This document shows positions 9,621 through 20,004 of a DNA stretch of 64,000 nt, piece after piece. Position numbers and translations under genes: made by a program. The stretch lies in the IMG/VR virus record IMGVR_UViG_3300036770_004143, positions 124,001 through 188,000 of that record, one strand, 5' to 3'. Numbering within the stretch: position 1 is the stretch's first letter; the number at the start of each line of letters is the position of its first letter. The notes below the pieces were generated by a model. The model did not search any database and was not told the DNA's origin. It saw only the letters and a program-made list of their open reading frames with translations.

Positions 9621-9923
9621 TTAATAATTTTGTGGTTTTGGTAATAAATTTGGATTAACTGTATAATATTCAGTTAAGAAATTTATTAATTCTATTTTAT
9701 CAACATCAATATCTTCAAATTCATCAATATCAGTATCAATTAACTCATCATCTGGGATTGATAGGTGATTTGGAACTATTGAATAGCCATACTCTTCTGC
9801 TAAATCATAATCAATTTGATCCTGTCTAATAATATCATCAGAATCATCAATCAATCTAAATGTGACATCAAGTATGTTTGTTTCTTTATCAACAAAAAAT
9901 GCTGTAAGTTCTTTAATTTCCAT
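9621..9923 (-). CDS. small acidic hypothetical protein
   Basis: 100 aa, D/E-rich. Confidence 0.7.
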   Translation of the reverse strand: MEIKELTAFFVDKETNILDVTFRLIDDSDDIIRQDQIDYDLAEEYGYSIVPNHLSIPDDELIDTDIDEFEDIDVDKIELINFLTEYYTVNPNLLPKPQNY

Positions 9924-9926
9924 TTT

Positions 9927-10478
9927 TTAATATTTTGCAATTCTATGCATAAAGTTTTTGATTTCAACTAATTTATCATTAACAGGATTATTTTTTATAT
10001 AATTTTCATTAATAATTTTTGCTGTTTTATTTTTTCTTGATTCAGATAAAATCAACTTTTTTGCTTGCCTAACAAATGATTCCACCATTGGGCTCATCTC
10101 ATCATATTCATCATATTCAAATTCATAAATGGTTTCATCATCATCATCATAAGACATTTCATCCATTTCAATAAAATCCATTTTATTTTCATTGTCAATG
10201 TCTTCAGTATTCCAGTTCTCATTCATTGAACCACATTCCATACATTCACCTTCATACATACCACCACCACATTCAGAACACATTCCACCTGTGTTTTCTT
10301 TTATTAAATCTGAATTCTTTAAAGTAAATCCTTGTTTATCTGAAATATCATCATAAGTTGATATTCTTGTTGGATTGTTTTTTTGTTGCATTGAAAGATA
10401 ACCATTATACAATTCCTTATGCTTTCTTAAAATGTCATTTTGCTCTTCTTCTGTTATTTTGAAAAAATATGAGTTCAT
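9927..10478 (-). CDS. acidic hypothetical with CxxC...CxxC motif, leader-like N-terminus
   Basis: CSECGGGMYEGECMECG; TATTTAT at 10495-10501(-). Confidence 0.7.
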   Translation of the reverse strand: MNSYFFKITEEEQNDILRKHKELYNGYLSMQQKNNPTRISTYDDISDKQGFTLKNSDLIKENTGGMCSECGGGMYEGECMECGSMNENWNTEDIDNENKMDFIEMDEMSYDDDDETIYEFEYDEYDEMSPMVESFVRQAKKLILSESRKNKTAKIINENYIKNNPVNDKLVEIKNFMHRIAKY

Positions 10479-10524
10479 AATTTTTGATTTTATTATAAAT
10501 ATTACAAACTATCCAAAATTTTTA

Positions 10525-10532
10525 TATCTTTG
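10525..10532 (+). promoter_or_regulatory. Bacteroidota sigma-A -7 element TAnnTTTG (representative)
   Basis: TATCTTTG; also at 11789, 31713, 32990, 33131, 35722, 44329, 45389, 47240, 48518 (+) and 23307, 55680 (-), nearly all just upstream of starts. Confidence 0.75.
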
Positions 10533-10544
10533 CAAAAAAAAAAG

Positions 10545-11015
10545 ATGAACATATTCTTCTTGGATGAAAATCCCCAACTAAACGCCCAATATCATTGTGA
10601 CAAACACGTGGTTAAGATGATATTGGAAACAGCACAATTGCTATGTTCTGTGCATCATATGTGTGATGAGATTGATGTACCATATAAATTGGCGCATAAG
10701 AACCATCCATGTTCCATCTGGTGTAGAACATCATTAAGTAATTATTTTTCATTATGTGAATTGGGTCTTGAATTATCAAAAGAATACACCCATAGATATG
10801 GAAAGCACCATAAATCAACAGATGTGATTCATTGGTGCTTAGATAATCTTCCAAATATTAAAGATATTGGGTTCACCAAACCCCCACTTGCAATGCCAGA
10901 ACAATATAAAGTAGATGATTATGTCCAATCATATAGGAACTATTATATTGGGGATAAAAAAAGATTTGCAACCTGGAAAAATAGAGATGTTCCTTCTTGG
11001 TTTAAGGACATTTGA
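10545..11015 (+). CDS. pyrimidine dimer DNA glycosylase / DenV-like protein
   Basis: MNIFFLD...HCDKHVVKMILETAQLL...HxNHPC...EYTxRYGKxH. Confidence 0.8.
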   Translation: MNIFFLDENPQLNAQYHCDKHVVKMILETAQLLCSVHHMCDEIDVPYKLAHKNHPCSIWCRTSLSNYFSLCELGLELSKEYTHRYGKHHKSTDVIHWCLDNLPNIKDIGFTKPPLAMPEQYKVDDYVQSYRNYYIGDKKRFATWKNRDVPSWFKDI

Positions 11016-11745
11016 TGTTTTTTACTGTACCAAACCTTTTTATTAATTGTATATTTTGCATTAATTTATCTATATTACGCCTATAAACAGTAATTTGCAA
11101 ACACACTTTTACTGAGTCTTTTCCTACTGGTATTGGTACAAAATCTATTTCACCTCCAGTCAAATATGGCTTTCTTAAAGTACTAGTATTATCTATTGGT
11201 GGTTGTTTTACTTGCATATTTTCTGTTGAAGAATATCTTATATTAACAAATTGTTCAGCATTTGCTTCTGGGCTATTAGGTACATTATTCTTACCAACAA
11301 GTGTTGCTTGTATTGAAAATTGTGTTTGCAAATTAGGTATTGCATTTTTCAAAGCAGCAATAAAAGACTTGGCTCTATTTTGACCCAAAGCAATATTTTT
11401 AGAACCATATGTGTCCTCACCTCTATATGTTACTGCTGAAACACCAGGTGTGATAATAGCACTACTTACTTTATTATTTGAAAATAAATCCATAGCTCTC
11501 CTAAACTCATTAGAATTTGTATCAACAATACTAGAACCTAATTTAAATAATGCTTTACCTAATTGTGTTTCTTGTGTCATTTGTGCATCTTGTGAAACAT
11601 CTCCTCTATCTCTAACAGCATATGGATCAAATTCACCCCTCTCACGATTTGGGCTCAAATCTCTAGGTGGTAGTGCTTGCTCATATATTATTCTTTTTAC
11701 TAATTTATTTAAACCAGATTCTGTTAATTTGTATTTTTTTTCCAT
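11002..11745 (-). CDS. leader-bearing protein with OmpA-C-like domain
   Basis: MEKKYKLTESGLNKLVKRIIYEQ leader; NIALGQNRAKS resembles the OmpA-like NxxLSxxRA motif. Confidence 0.55.
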   Translation of the reverse strand: MEKKYKLTESGLNKLVKRIIYEQALPPRDLSPNRERGEFDPYAVRDRGDVSQDAQMTQETQLGKALFKLGSSIVDTNSNEFRRAMDLFSNNKVSSAIITPGVSAVTYRGEDTYGSKNIALGQNRAKSFIAALKNAIPNLQTQFSIQATLVGKNNVPNSPEANAEQFVNIRYSSTENMQVKQPPIDNTSTLRKPYLTGGEIDFVPIPVGKDSVKVCLQITVYRRNIDKLMQNIQLIKRFGTVKNIKCP

Positions 11746-11818
11746 TTTATTTTTTTCTATAAATATATCATTATTTGATTTTTTTTTGTATATTTGTACT
11801 CCACAAAACACAAAACAA

Positions 11819-12472
11819 ATGAAATTAAAATTAAAAAAAGAAAGGCAAATCTGGGTATTTAGTGATCCCCACTACAACCACAAGAATATATGTAGGGGTA
11901 CAACAAATTGGAGAACCAAAAATAATGAAGTCCCCACAGACAATACCAGGGATTTTGAAACATTAGACAAAATGAATGCTGCAATTGTGAATAATATCAA
12001 TGCAGTTGTTAATCAAGATGATATATTAATATGCTTGGGTGACTGGTCTTTTGGGGGATTTGATTCAATACAAGAGTTCTATGATAAACTAATATGCAAG
12101 AACATACACTTGGTATTAGGAAATCATGACGACCACATTGAGAAAAACAAGTCTGACATACAGAGGCTGTTTATGAGCGTTAATTCCTATGTTGAACTTG
12201 AAGTTGATGGTAATAAGTTTGTATTGTGCCACTACCCCATAGCATCCTGGAATGGCTTAAATAAGGGCATAATGCACCTACACGGACACTGCCACCTTCC
12301 AACCAATAAAAGGTTCGGAAAAGGGAAAAGAATTGACGTGGGGATGGATGGACACCCAGAATTTAGACCATACAATTTGACAGAGGTTGTTGCATTACTA
12401 AACAAACAACCTATTGCATCAGATATGGGGTTTGACCACCATACTGAAGAACTTTTAAATGTTGTGGGATGA
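11819..12472 (+). CDS. calcineurin-like metallophosphoesterase
   Basis: SDPH, LGD, GNHD, HYP, HGHCH motifs. Confidence 0.9.
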   Translation: MKLKLKKERQIWVFSDPHYNHKNICRGTTNWRTKNNEVPTDNTRDFETLDKMNAAIVNNINAVVNQDDILICLGDWSFGGFDSIQEFYDKLICKNIHLVLGNHDDHIEKNKSDIQRLFMSVNSYVELEVDGNKFVLCHYPIASWNGLNKGIMHLHGHCHLPTNKRFGKGKRIDVGMDGHPEFRPYNLTEVVALLNKQPIASDMGFDHHTEELLNVVG

Positions 12473-12921
12473 TACTAATTAGATATAAAGATAATGAATA
12501 TTACATAGCCAAACCAATATCAAATATTGATGTTGGTAGCTATGTATTCATTTCTGGGTATGAAACATTTGGTGAAATATTGGGATATGCAAATACAGAG
12601 CATAATCTAATTAAAATTAAAGGTTCATCAACATATTTGTCTGTATCCCAAAATAAATTATATGAAATTGTTGGTTCAACAAAGCCTGGATTTAAATACT
12701 CTTTAAATAGGAAAGATTTGGATTTTCAGTTTGGGGCGTTCACCCCAAAAGAAGTAATTCAATATTATTTGAATTATTGTGAAAAACATAAAGATGCAAC
12801 CATTGATGATTTCAATAGGTTTTTCTTAAATAAGAATAGAAATGTGATAAACATTGAGGAAGTAACTATTGATTCAAATTTTGAGTTGGTTTTTGGAAAT
12901 GTAATACCATTGTTATATTGA
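12469..12921 (+). CDS. hypothetical protein
   Basis: ATGA overlap with the upstream gene. Confidence 0.7.
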   Translation: MILIRYKDNEYYIAKPISNIDVGSYVFISGYETFGEILGYANTEHNLIKIKGSSTYLSVSQNKLYEIVGSTKPGFKYSLNRKDLDFQFGAFTPKEVIQYYLNYCEKHKDATIDDFNRFFLNKNRNVINIEEVTIDSNFELVFGNVIPLLY

Positions 12922-12993
12922 TTTTATTAAAAAAGTGCATATCTTTACATTAAGACAAATATGTCAAACATAAACATTTAAAAACAAAACAAA

Positions 12994-13206
12994 ATGCAGA
13001 CATTACTTTTCAACACAACAGAAAAAACTGTAAGACTTTATGAGGGGCCAAAACCAGAAGGCACTATCATTTGTAAATTCAACTCAATTCCAACCGTTAA
13101 AATCTATGATGGGTATTATGAGGTTAAACAGAAAGATGAGGATGAAAAAACTTACCCTGTTGCACGATTTCCAGTAAATGGAACAAATATGTTTATTGAA
13201 AAATAA
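12994..13206 (+). CDS. small hypothetical protein
   Basis: 70 aa; own promoter-like TATCTTTA and terminator. Confidence 0.7.
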   Translation: MQTLLFNTTEKTVRLYEGPKPEGTIICKFNSIPTVKIYDGYYEVKQKDEDEKTYPVARFPVNGTNMFIEK

Positions 13207-13210
13207 ATCT

Positions 13211-13245
13211 AAAAACCCCCTACTTTATTACGGTAGGGGGTTTTT
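13211..13245. terminator. bidirectional terminator
   Basis: AAAAACCCCCTAC-loop-GTAGGGGGTTTTT. Confidence 0.9.
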
Positions 13246-13248
13246 TAT

Positions 13249-15174
13249 TTATACCTCTTCTGCATCACTATTATTCAAAAATAGGTCTAATTTATAATTA
13301 AACATATTATTATATAATTCATCAACAGGCATATTTCCAGTATATTTATTTTTTGTCTTTTTATCAATCAATATTACTTTAACATCCGCATCATCAAAAT
13401 CAATTTCTGGATTTAAATATATCTTCACAAGTGAACCATCAAAAACTTTTGGGTAATCTCTATATTCCCAATTGTATTCATCATTATTCTTATAATACTT
13501 TTCAAGTATATCAAACAACTTCATTCTAATTTTTAAATTTTCAGGATTTGGCTCATCCAAATCACCAAATTCTTCCATAATGAAATCTTCTAATACATCT
13601 GCAATAACTGGGTGCATATCTCCATATGATGGATATACAGTATCATATTCAACATACCATTCATCAGTTACAATATCAACATGATTAATATAATTTCCAA
13701 ATAGTTCACAAAAATCATCTATTTCAGTAAGTCTTTGCCTATTAACATATTGTATAAACTCATAAGAATTCACACTCAAAACTTGTGTCCTTGAATAATA
13801 TCCTGTTTCAGTTATAAATGCGTATTTTTTTATATCATCTAAATCTCTTTCTATTGCCCCATTATAATTTGATATGGTTGCATCATATGTTTTGTTTGAA
13901 TGTGCGTCAAATATTTTATCAAAATATTTTGATTTTTTATTATTTATATGTTGTAAGAAATATTTTTTAAATTTATCTAATGTTGCAAAATTATAATTCA
14001 TATATTTTATAGAATTACTATTTTTTTCAAAATAATCATCTACATAATTTTCTAATGTTTCATTAAAATCATATCTTTCCTCATATATTGATTCACTTAA
14101 ATTATTATTCCTTTTTTCACCTTCTAGGTATGAAATATGATTTTCTAAATTACCTATTGAAGGATAGTTTTTACTTATCTTTGAACATGATGTTCTAAGT
14201 TCAAAATCAATGTCTGACCCATCATATGTGATATCATCAATATTACTATCAGTAATAAGTGCCATACTCTCATCATCATCTTCATCATACTCTGTCATTT
14301 GGTCATAAGTTTGATTTTCAGCAAAAGCCAAAGCAATTTTGTTGCTTATACCAGCTTCAATTAATCTTTGAATTCTAATATAATTTAATTTACCTGCAAA
14401 CTTTTCTGATAATGCATCTATTCTGTCAAATTGCACATCCTCACTAAAAATACCTTCTTTATTCACTAATAATGGAAAATAAAACTCCCTTAATTCTTCA
14501 TGTTTAATAAAAAATCCTTTAACATTTATCATACCATCTCTAATATCTCTAAACTCATTCTTTTTAAACTGAAATTGGTATTTGTGTTTTTCATCACTCT
14601 TATCAATCATAATATATATTGGAGCATAATTATATGTTGTAAATAAATTACCCCTACTTTTGTATGCTGGGTCTAAACTGTATTTACCCCAAGTTGTACA
14701 CCAGGATGAACCAACTCCAAGCCAGGCTGCTGCCTTCTCTGTTTTTGGCCTAAATACAACCCATTTTTCACCATTGTGAAGAAGTTCATATGAATCTTTT
14801 GGCAATTCTTTTAAGATTTCTCTTATTGGTGTATTAATAGATACAATATAATCTTTTACAACATTATACAAATCTGATATTTGCTTGATAGACTTCAAAT
14901 CAATGCTCAAATTTTTTGCATAAACAATTTTCAAGTATCTTGTGGCTTCAACCAAGTTCTCAAGATTTGGCATATTGCCAATCTTGTAGATGTTCAATAA
15001 TACTTTGGCATATTTCCCTATAAGAATGACATTATCATTCTGTACTTTTGTTTTGGGATCTGCTTTCACAATTCTATCAAATATATTCCTTGGAATATCA
15101 TTATAATATTTGGTATAAATGTCATCCACCCTGGATTCAATGATTAATTGCTCTAATGATTTTAATAATCTCAT
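13249..15174 (-). CDS. large leader-bearing hypothetical protein with acidic C-terminal half
   Basis: ..QLIIE leader; WCT...KYQFQF...EFRD domain shared with 18612-19361. Confidence 0.75.
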   Translation of the reverse strand: MRLLKSLEQLIIESRVDDIYTKYYNDIPRNIFDRIVKADPKTKVQNDNVILIGKYAKVLLNIYKIGNMPNLENLVEATRYLKIVYAKNLSIDLKSIKQISDLYNVVKDYIVSINTPIREILKELPKDSYELLHNGEKWVVFRPKTEKAAAWLGVGSSWCTTWGKYSLDPAYKSRGNLFTTYNYAPIYIMIDKSDEKHKYQFQFKKNEFRDIRDGMINVKGFFIKHEELREFYFPLLVNKEGIFSEDVQFDRIDALSEKFAGKLNYIRIQRLIEAGISNKIALAFAENQTYDQMTEYDEDDDESMALITDSNIDDITYDGSDIDFELRTSCSKISKNYPSIGNLENHISYLEGEKRNNNLSESIYEERYDFNETLENYVDDYFEKNSNSIKYMNYNFATLDKFKKYFLQHINNKKSKYFDKIFDAHSNKTYDATISNYNGAIERDLDDIKKYAFITETGYYSRTQVLSVNSYEFIQYVNRQRLTEIDDFCELFGNYINHVDIVTDEWYVEYDTVYPSYGDMHPVIADVLEDFIMEEFGDLDEPNPENLKIRMKLFDILEKYYKNNDEYNWEYRDYPKVFDGSLVKIYLNPEIDFDDADVKVILIDKKTKNKYTGNMPVDELYNNMFNYKLDLFLNNSDAEEV

Positions 15175-15183
15175 ATCTTTTTT

Positions 15184-16737
15184 TTATTTTTTTATTGGTA
15201 TATTATTTTCTGAACATATTTCATAAAAATTATCTACAAACTCACTTGTACTAATATATGCATTACTATCAAGATATAACCTAGGTTTGCTTATCCTTTC
15301 TTCTTCATATACTAAATTATATAACTCATCTTTAACCTCTCCTGCTGTGGATAAAACTTTAGCAGAATCAATATCATCTTTAAAATCTAAAATATTAACT
15401 CTTATTAATGCACCCTCATAATTCAATTTTAAAACCTCACCATAATCAGAAAATGCTTTTTCAATACATTTATTGATATCATCATAGTAAGAACTTTCAT
15501 AAGCACGATCCATTGCCTGTCTAATAACATCAGTAAGTTCATCTATTTCTAATTCTTTAATTTTATCAACTAATTTTAAATCCTGAAAATATTCATCATC
15601 ATCATTTGAGTCATTTAAATCATTTATTTCCTCTTTAAAGTTATTTATCAAATATTCCTCAATTTTATCCTCTAATTCACTACTTGAATAATAAGTGAAA
15701 TCTTTCCAATTATTATCAAAATCAAAATAATCCAACCCATTTTCAAGGAAGTTTTCAATATAATTAATATATTCTGAACTACCATTTTTTAATCGCCTTC
15801 TACTATCATAGTCATCTGAATTAATATATTGATACATTTCATCAGGTTTTATAAAAATATCAAAAATTACCTGTGGTTCTTTATTAATCAATCCTTTTTT
15901 GTATGCAGAATATAGGGCAATAGTTCCAAATAATTTTTCATTATGTTTCATAACAAGTTTAAATAAATCATCATTTAAATCTGCTAATTTAAAATCACTA
16001 GCTGAATCATATTCAGAACCAAATCCAACAATATCAACTTTTGGGTCTATAAGTAATTGAGCAATATATTTATGATATTTTTCTGCTGGTTTTGAATTCT
16101 TCTGACCTTTTAGTTGTAATATTTTAAAACCCTCACTTTGTTCTTCTATGGCTGCTGTTAAATGACTTTTATTTATTGTGAATTTATCATTTATTCTTCT
16201 TGCTTCACGCAATGAAAATAAAGTATCACCACGAGTTGAAGCGCAATGTCCCATTCTTTTCTGTTCATCATTACAATATGAAGTCTGCAAATCTATCCAA
16301 TAAAATCCCATACCATCCTCATCCCTAAAATCAAGAATGATATTATCTTCATCCTCTTCATAATTATATATACCAGAACCAACCTCTAATTCATCATGCC
16401 ATTTTTTAGATTCCCTAACTAATGTTAAGTAATCATCATTTTTATGAGTTCCCAAATTACCATTTAAACCTACCCTAATCCAGTCCATAATGGATACTAA
16501 ATTTTCACTAAATATTCTATAATCTTTATTTAGCAAAATAATTGCTTGTTCTGTTGTGACTTTTGGGTTGTTCTTTACAATAATTTCAATAACTTTATTA
16601 GCCATTATAATTGCCAATTTACCACATTTTTCAACAAAGAAATCTGCGGCTTTATCACTTAATTTTAACTTATTCACCAAAACATCTTTTGCAGATGCTT
16701 CTAGTATTAAACTTTTTGTAACATTAATTAATTTCAT
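15184..16737 (-). CDS. large leader-bearing hypothetical protein (RMGHC domain), acidic C-terminus
   Basis: ..SLILE leader; N-terminal half paralogous to 36560-38116. Confidence 0.75.
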   Translation of the reverse strand: MKLINVTKSLILEASAKDVLVNKLKLSDKAADFFVEKCGKLAIIMANKVIEIIVKNNPKVTTEQAIILLNKDYRIFSENLVSIMDWIRVGLNGNLGTHKNDDYLTLVRESKKWHDELEVGSGIYNYEEDEDNIILDFRDEDGMGFYWIDLQTSYCNDEQKRMGHCASTRGDTLFSLREARRINDKFTINKSHLTAAIEEQSEGFKILQLKGQKNSKPAEKYHKYIAQLLIDPKVDIVGFGSEYDSASDFKLADLNDDLFKLVMKHNEKLFGTIALYSAYKKGLINKEPQVIFDIFIKPDEMYQYINSDDYDSRRRLKNGSSEYINYIENFLENGLDYFDFDNNWKDFTYYSSSELEDKIEEYLINNFKEEINDLNDSNDDDEYFQDLKLVDKIKELEIDELTDVIRQAMDRAYESSYYDDINKCIEKAFSDYGEVLKLNYEGALIRVNILDFKDDIDSAKVLSTAGEVKDELYNLVYEEERISKPRLYLDSNAYISTSEFVDNFYEICSENNIPIKK

Positions 16738-16749
16738 TTTATAAATTTT

Positions 16750-17457
16750 TTAAGTCCAGTAATCATATGATTTTTTAAAAAACTCCGGATTATTTCTATT
16801 AAAGAAAGATTTGAGTAACATCTTACCCATATAATAAATACCCTTTGATTCAAATCTTCTATTTAAGGTGTAAACATTGTAATTGCTAACCTTAAATTTC
16901 CTTGGCTCAATCTTTTTGCTCAATTCATAATCTTCTGCAAACACACACTCATTATTGAAACCCCCCAACTCACGCAATTTTAATGTTCTAAACAACATAA
17001 AACCGCCAAGACAGAATGGAGATATTTTTGAAACCATTTTTCTTAAAAAATCCAACATAATATATGCAAAATCATATTTACCATTTATGGTCTTGAATTT
17101 TACAGTCTGCAAATCTAAATAATAATCAAGAGAAATCCTCATACAGTTTGTTAATAAATTCTTATCAGTTAAAAAAACATCAGCATCCAAAAATAACGTA
17201 TATATTGTTTTTGAATGCTTAAACCCAATATTCCTTGCTTTTGCTGGTAAGCCACCACCTAATATTTCAATATCCAAGTTTTTAAATTCATTTAATTTTA
17301 TCAATGGTTTAGTTAGCCTATCATTTGATGAATCACAAATATAAACTTTTGTTCCTTTGATGTTATTCTGTCTATCTAAATAATTCAAACAATCTATAAT
17401 GACATTTTTTTCATTTTTGCATGGAATGACAACTGTTAAATATTCATTAAGTTTCAT
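16750..17457 (-). CDS. family 2 glycosyltransferase
   Basis: VVIPCKNE, ARNIG, FLDAD, LGGF, AEDYEL. Confidence 0.9.
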   Translation of the reverse strand: MKLNEYLTVVIPCKNEKNVIIDCLNYLDRQNNIKGTKVYICDSSNDRLTKPLIKLNEFKNLDIEILGGGLPAKARNIGFKHSKTIYTLFLDADVFLTDKNLLTNCMRISLDYYLDLQTVKFKTINGKYDFAYIMLDFLRKMVSKISPFCLGGFMLFRTLKLRELGGFNNECVFAEDYELSKKIEPRKFKVSNYNVYTLNRRFESKGIYYMGKMLLKSFFNRNNPEFFKKSYDYWT

Positions 17458-17563
17458 TTTGTTTTATTTTATAAATATCCAAAAATGATATAATTAAACA
17501 ATTAATAACAAATATATTGATATATTCCAAAAAAAATCAATATTTATAAATAAACCTAATATT

Positions 17564-18301
17564 ATGAATAAATTAATTTTCTTACTACTAATGCCTATTA
17601 TTGGCCTTTCTCAAAACATTGAGAACAAACAAATGACACTAAATAAAGAAAGTGAAGAAAAACAGAAATTAAGAACAGAAAAATATGCCCCAAAAACTAA
17701 TACTGTAATTGTTAGAGATATTGAACCAATATTTGACCAAGGTTATGGATTATTTAATCCTAGGGTTATGTATTATCGTAATATGCGTTACGGTAATCCA
17801 TATTACTATAATCCTACAACATTAGCCCCAAGACAATTTAGAGGAACAATTGGGTTAAGCAAAAGTGTTAGATTAATTGGTTTATTTTTTACATTAGGGG
17901 AAGATAAATTCTTGGTTGGAGATTTGATGTTTAGACCAAACATAGATAATAGTGAATTTTATTCCAATATAAACATCCAGAATGCTATCCAGTGGAATGA
18001 TGAACGTTTAAAGGATATAGAGAAGGGTTATAGGATTTATGTTGGTTATGGTCAACGTATAGGTCTTGTATCCCCATTTGTTTCAGTAGGGATTGGAAGC
18101 AGGGTTGTGAATTATCAGTTTATTGATGATTTGGTTATTTTGAATGGAAGTAAATCATATTCATTTCCAAAATTTGGAAGGAGTTTTGTTGGAATTAAAA
18201 TTGGAGGATTATTTGACTTTAAAAAATTTGTTTTTAAGTTTGATTTAGATCCAATAAACCCTGATTTCTCAATTGGGGCTGGATTTAGAATATCCAAATA
18301 A
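17564..18301 (+). CDS. putative outer-membrane beta-barrel protein
   Basis: Bacteroidota-type signal peptide, amphipathic beta-strands, C-terminal FSIGAGFRI. Confidence 0.6.
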   Translation: MNKLIFLLLMPIIGLSQNIENKQMTLNKESEEKQKLRTEKYAPKTNTVIVRDIEPIFDQGYGLFNPRVMYYRNMRYGNPYYYNPTTLAPRQFRGTIGLSKSVRLIGLFFTLGEDKFLVGDLMFRPNIDNSEFYSNINIQNAIQWNDERLKDIEKGYRIYVGYGQRIGLVSPFVSVGIGSRVVNYQFIDDLVILNGSKSYSFPKFGRSFVGIKIGGLFDFKKFVFKFDLDPINPDFSIGAGFRISK

Positions 18302-18576
18302 TGATTATTGATTATATTTTAATTTTTATATTCCAGATTGTTTTTAACATATTTAAGACATTTGAGATAAAATACACATATGAAGATAAATTAAAAGAGT
18401 TATTAGTTAATTCTATTTGGATTAATTTAACTTCTTTATGTGTTGCTTATTATTCATTAGATAACCTATTTAACCATAATTACTTTGTAATCCCTGTTTA
18501 TATTGCAGGTAGCATTATTGGAAAATGGTTGAGTATGAGGGGCTTTGGTATGTTAATAAAAAAAAGGGAACCATAA
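18301..18576 (+). CDS. small 3-TM membrane protein
   Basis: Three hydrophobic segments. Confidence 0.65.
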   Translation: MIIDYILIFIFQIVFNIFKTFEIKYTYEDKLKELLVNSIWINLTSLCVAYYSLDNLFNHNYFVIPVYIAGSIIGKWLSMRGFGMLIKKREP

Positions 18577-18593
18577 TGTATGATTCCCTTTTT
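18561..18593. terminator. bidirectional terminator
   Basis: AAAAAGGGAA-loop-TTCCCTTTTT between convergent genes. Confidence 0.75.
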
Positions 18594-18611
18594 TATATAT
18601 TTTAATTTTAC

Positions 18612-19361
18612 TTAAAATACATCTGCATCTTTTCTATCCTTGAATTGGTTTGATTCATAGTGAAATTGGTATGGTGATAATGGGTCATTTTGGTTGAATA
18701 TCACATAGTATGAAGAACCTGGATGTTTTTCCAAGTAGTTCTTAAAGTGTGAGTATCCTGCAATTGTACATATATGTATTGAAGCACCTTCTTTACATTT
18801 ACCCAAGATAGTTCTATACACCTCCCAAGTTTGCTTGTCCATATTGGATACTTTGAATATTTGATACCCAGCAACTAAACCAATTAATTTAATGCCAACA
18901 TCTTGTAATTTCAAGATATCTGATTTTGATACCAAAACTGAATCTGAATCCATTTCTTCCTCATCACCTTCAACAGAACCAACTTCTTGAAACTGAATGG
19001 CAGCATCAATAAATGCTCTAACATCTGAAGATGATTTTATTTGGTTGATATCTAGGATAGGGAACATTGCTTTTCCTCTTGGAGTTTTCTTTGCTTTTTC
19101 AAATGCATCAATATACCCTTCAAATTTGTAGATATCCTCATCCTTAATTTTCTTTTCAGCAACTCTTGCTGCCAACCATTTCACATAAGCACCTTTGCCT
19201 TTGGAAACTTCAACAATCTCATCAAATACTTCTCCTGATAATTTACCAGAATCAACAAATATCTTTCTATAGTTTGAAATTGTTGCTTCATTTTGCTCTC
19301 TAATAACCCTCTTGATGATTATAGATAAGTCATGTTCTGTTAGTCTTATAGTCTTTGCCAT
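18612..19361 (-). CDS. leader-bearing hypothetical protein
   Basis: MAKTIRLTEHDLSIIIKRVIREQ; ICT...YQFHYESNQFKD. Confidence 0.75.
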   Translation of the reverse strand: MAKTIRLTEHDLSIIIKRVIREQNEATISNYRKIFVDSGKLSGEVFDEIVEVSKGKGAYVKWLAARVAEKKIKDEDIYKFEGYIDAFEKAKKTPRGKAMFPILDINQIKSSSDVRAFIDAAIQFQEVGSVEGDEEEMDSDSVLVSKSDILKLQDVGIKLIGLVAGYQIFKVSNMDKQTWEVYRTILGKCKEGASIHICTIAGYSHFKNYLEKHPGSSYYVIFNQNDPLSPYQFHYESNQFKDRKDADVF

Positions 19362-19456
19362 ATTTTTTTTAGTTTTTATTTATAAATATCAAAGATATTA
19401 AAAAAAAAATAGTAATCAAAATAATTTTAGGAATATTTATAATAAACTTTTATAAA

Positions 19457-19990
19457 ATGATAATTAATGAAAAATTTATTACTGAAAGACCTAATAAAAA
19501 ATTAAAGAAATTAAAAGGAATTATAGTCCATTGGACAGCAAATACACGATCTGGGGCAGGGGCTGCCTCTCATTTGAATTATTTTAAAAATAATTGGAAA
19601 ATAGGTTGTACTCATTATGTTGTTGATGATAAAGAAATTATTTACTTAATTCCAGATGATGAAGTTGCCTACCATGTTGGTGATAGGGAAAGAAAAAGCA
19701 ATCTACCCATTAGAAAAGCATTAGTACCCCAAGGTGGAAGTCCAAATGATTATTTCATTGGGATTGAAATGTGTGTAAATATAGACAATAATTGGGGAAA
19801 AACCATCAATAATGTAAAAGAATTATTACACCATTTATTTGAGAAATATAATTTAACAGTTGATGATGTTCATCGCCATTTTGATATATCTGGAAAAGAT
19901 TGCCCTTTTATGTATCAACCACAACTTGTGAATGAAAGGTATTTTGATTGGGGCTGGATTACCTTTAAAGAATTTATAAAAGCAAAATAG
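19457..19990 (+). CDS. N-acetylmuramoyl-L-alanine amidase (Amidase_2)
   Basis: IIVHWTA, HYVVD, AYHVG, IGIEMC, RHFDISGKDCP. Confidence 0.9.
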   Translation: MIINEKFITERPNKKLKKLKGIIVHWTANTRSGAGAASHLNYFKNNWKIGCTHYVVDDKEIIYLIPDDEVAYHVGDRERKSNLPIRKALVPQGGSPNDYFIGIEMCVNIDNNWGKTINNVKELLHHLFEKYNLTVDDVHRHFDISGKDCPFMYQPQLVNERYFDWGWITFKEFIKAK

Positions 19991-20004
19991 CCCCAACCAA
20001 ATTA

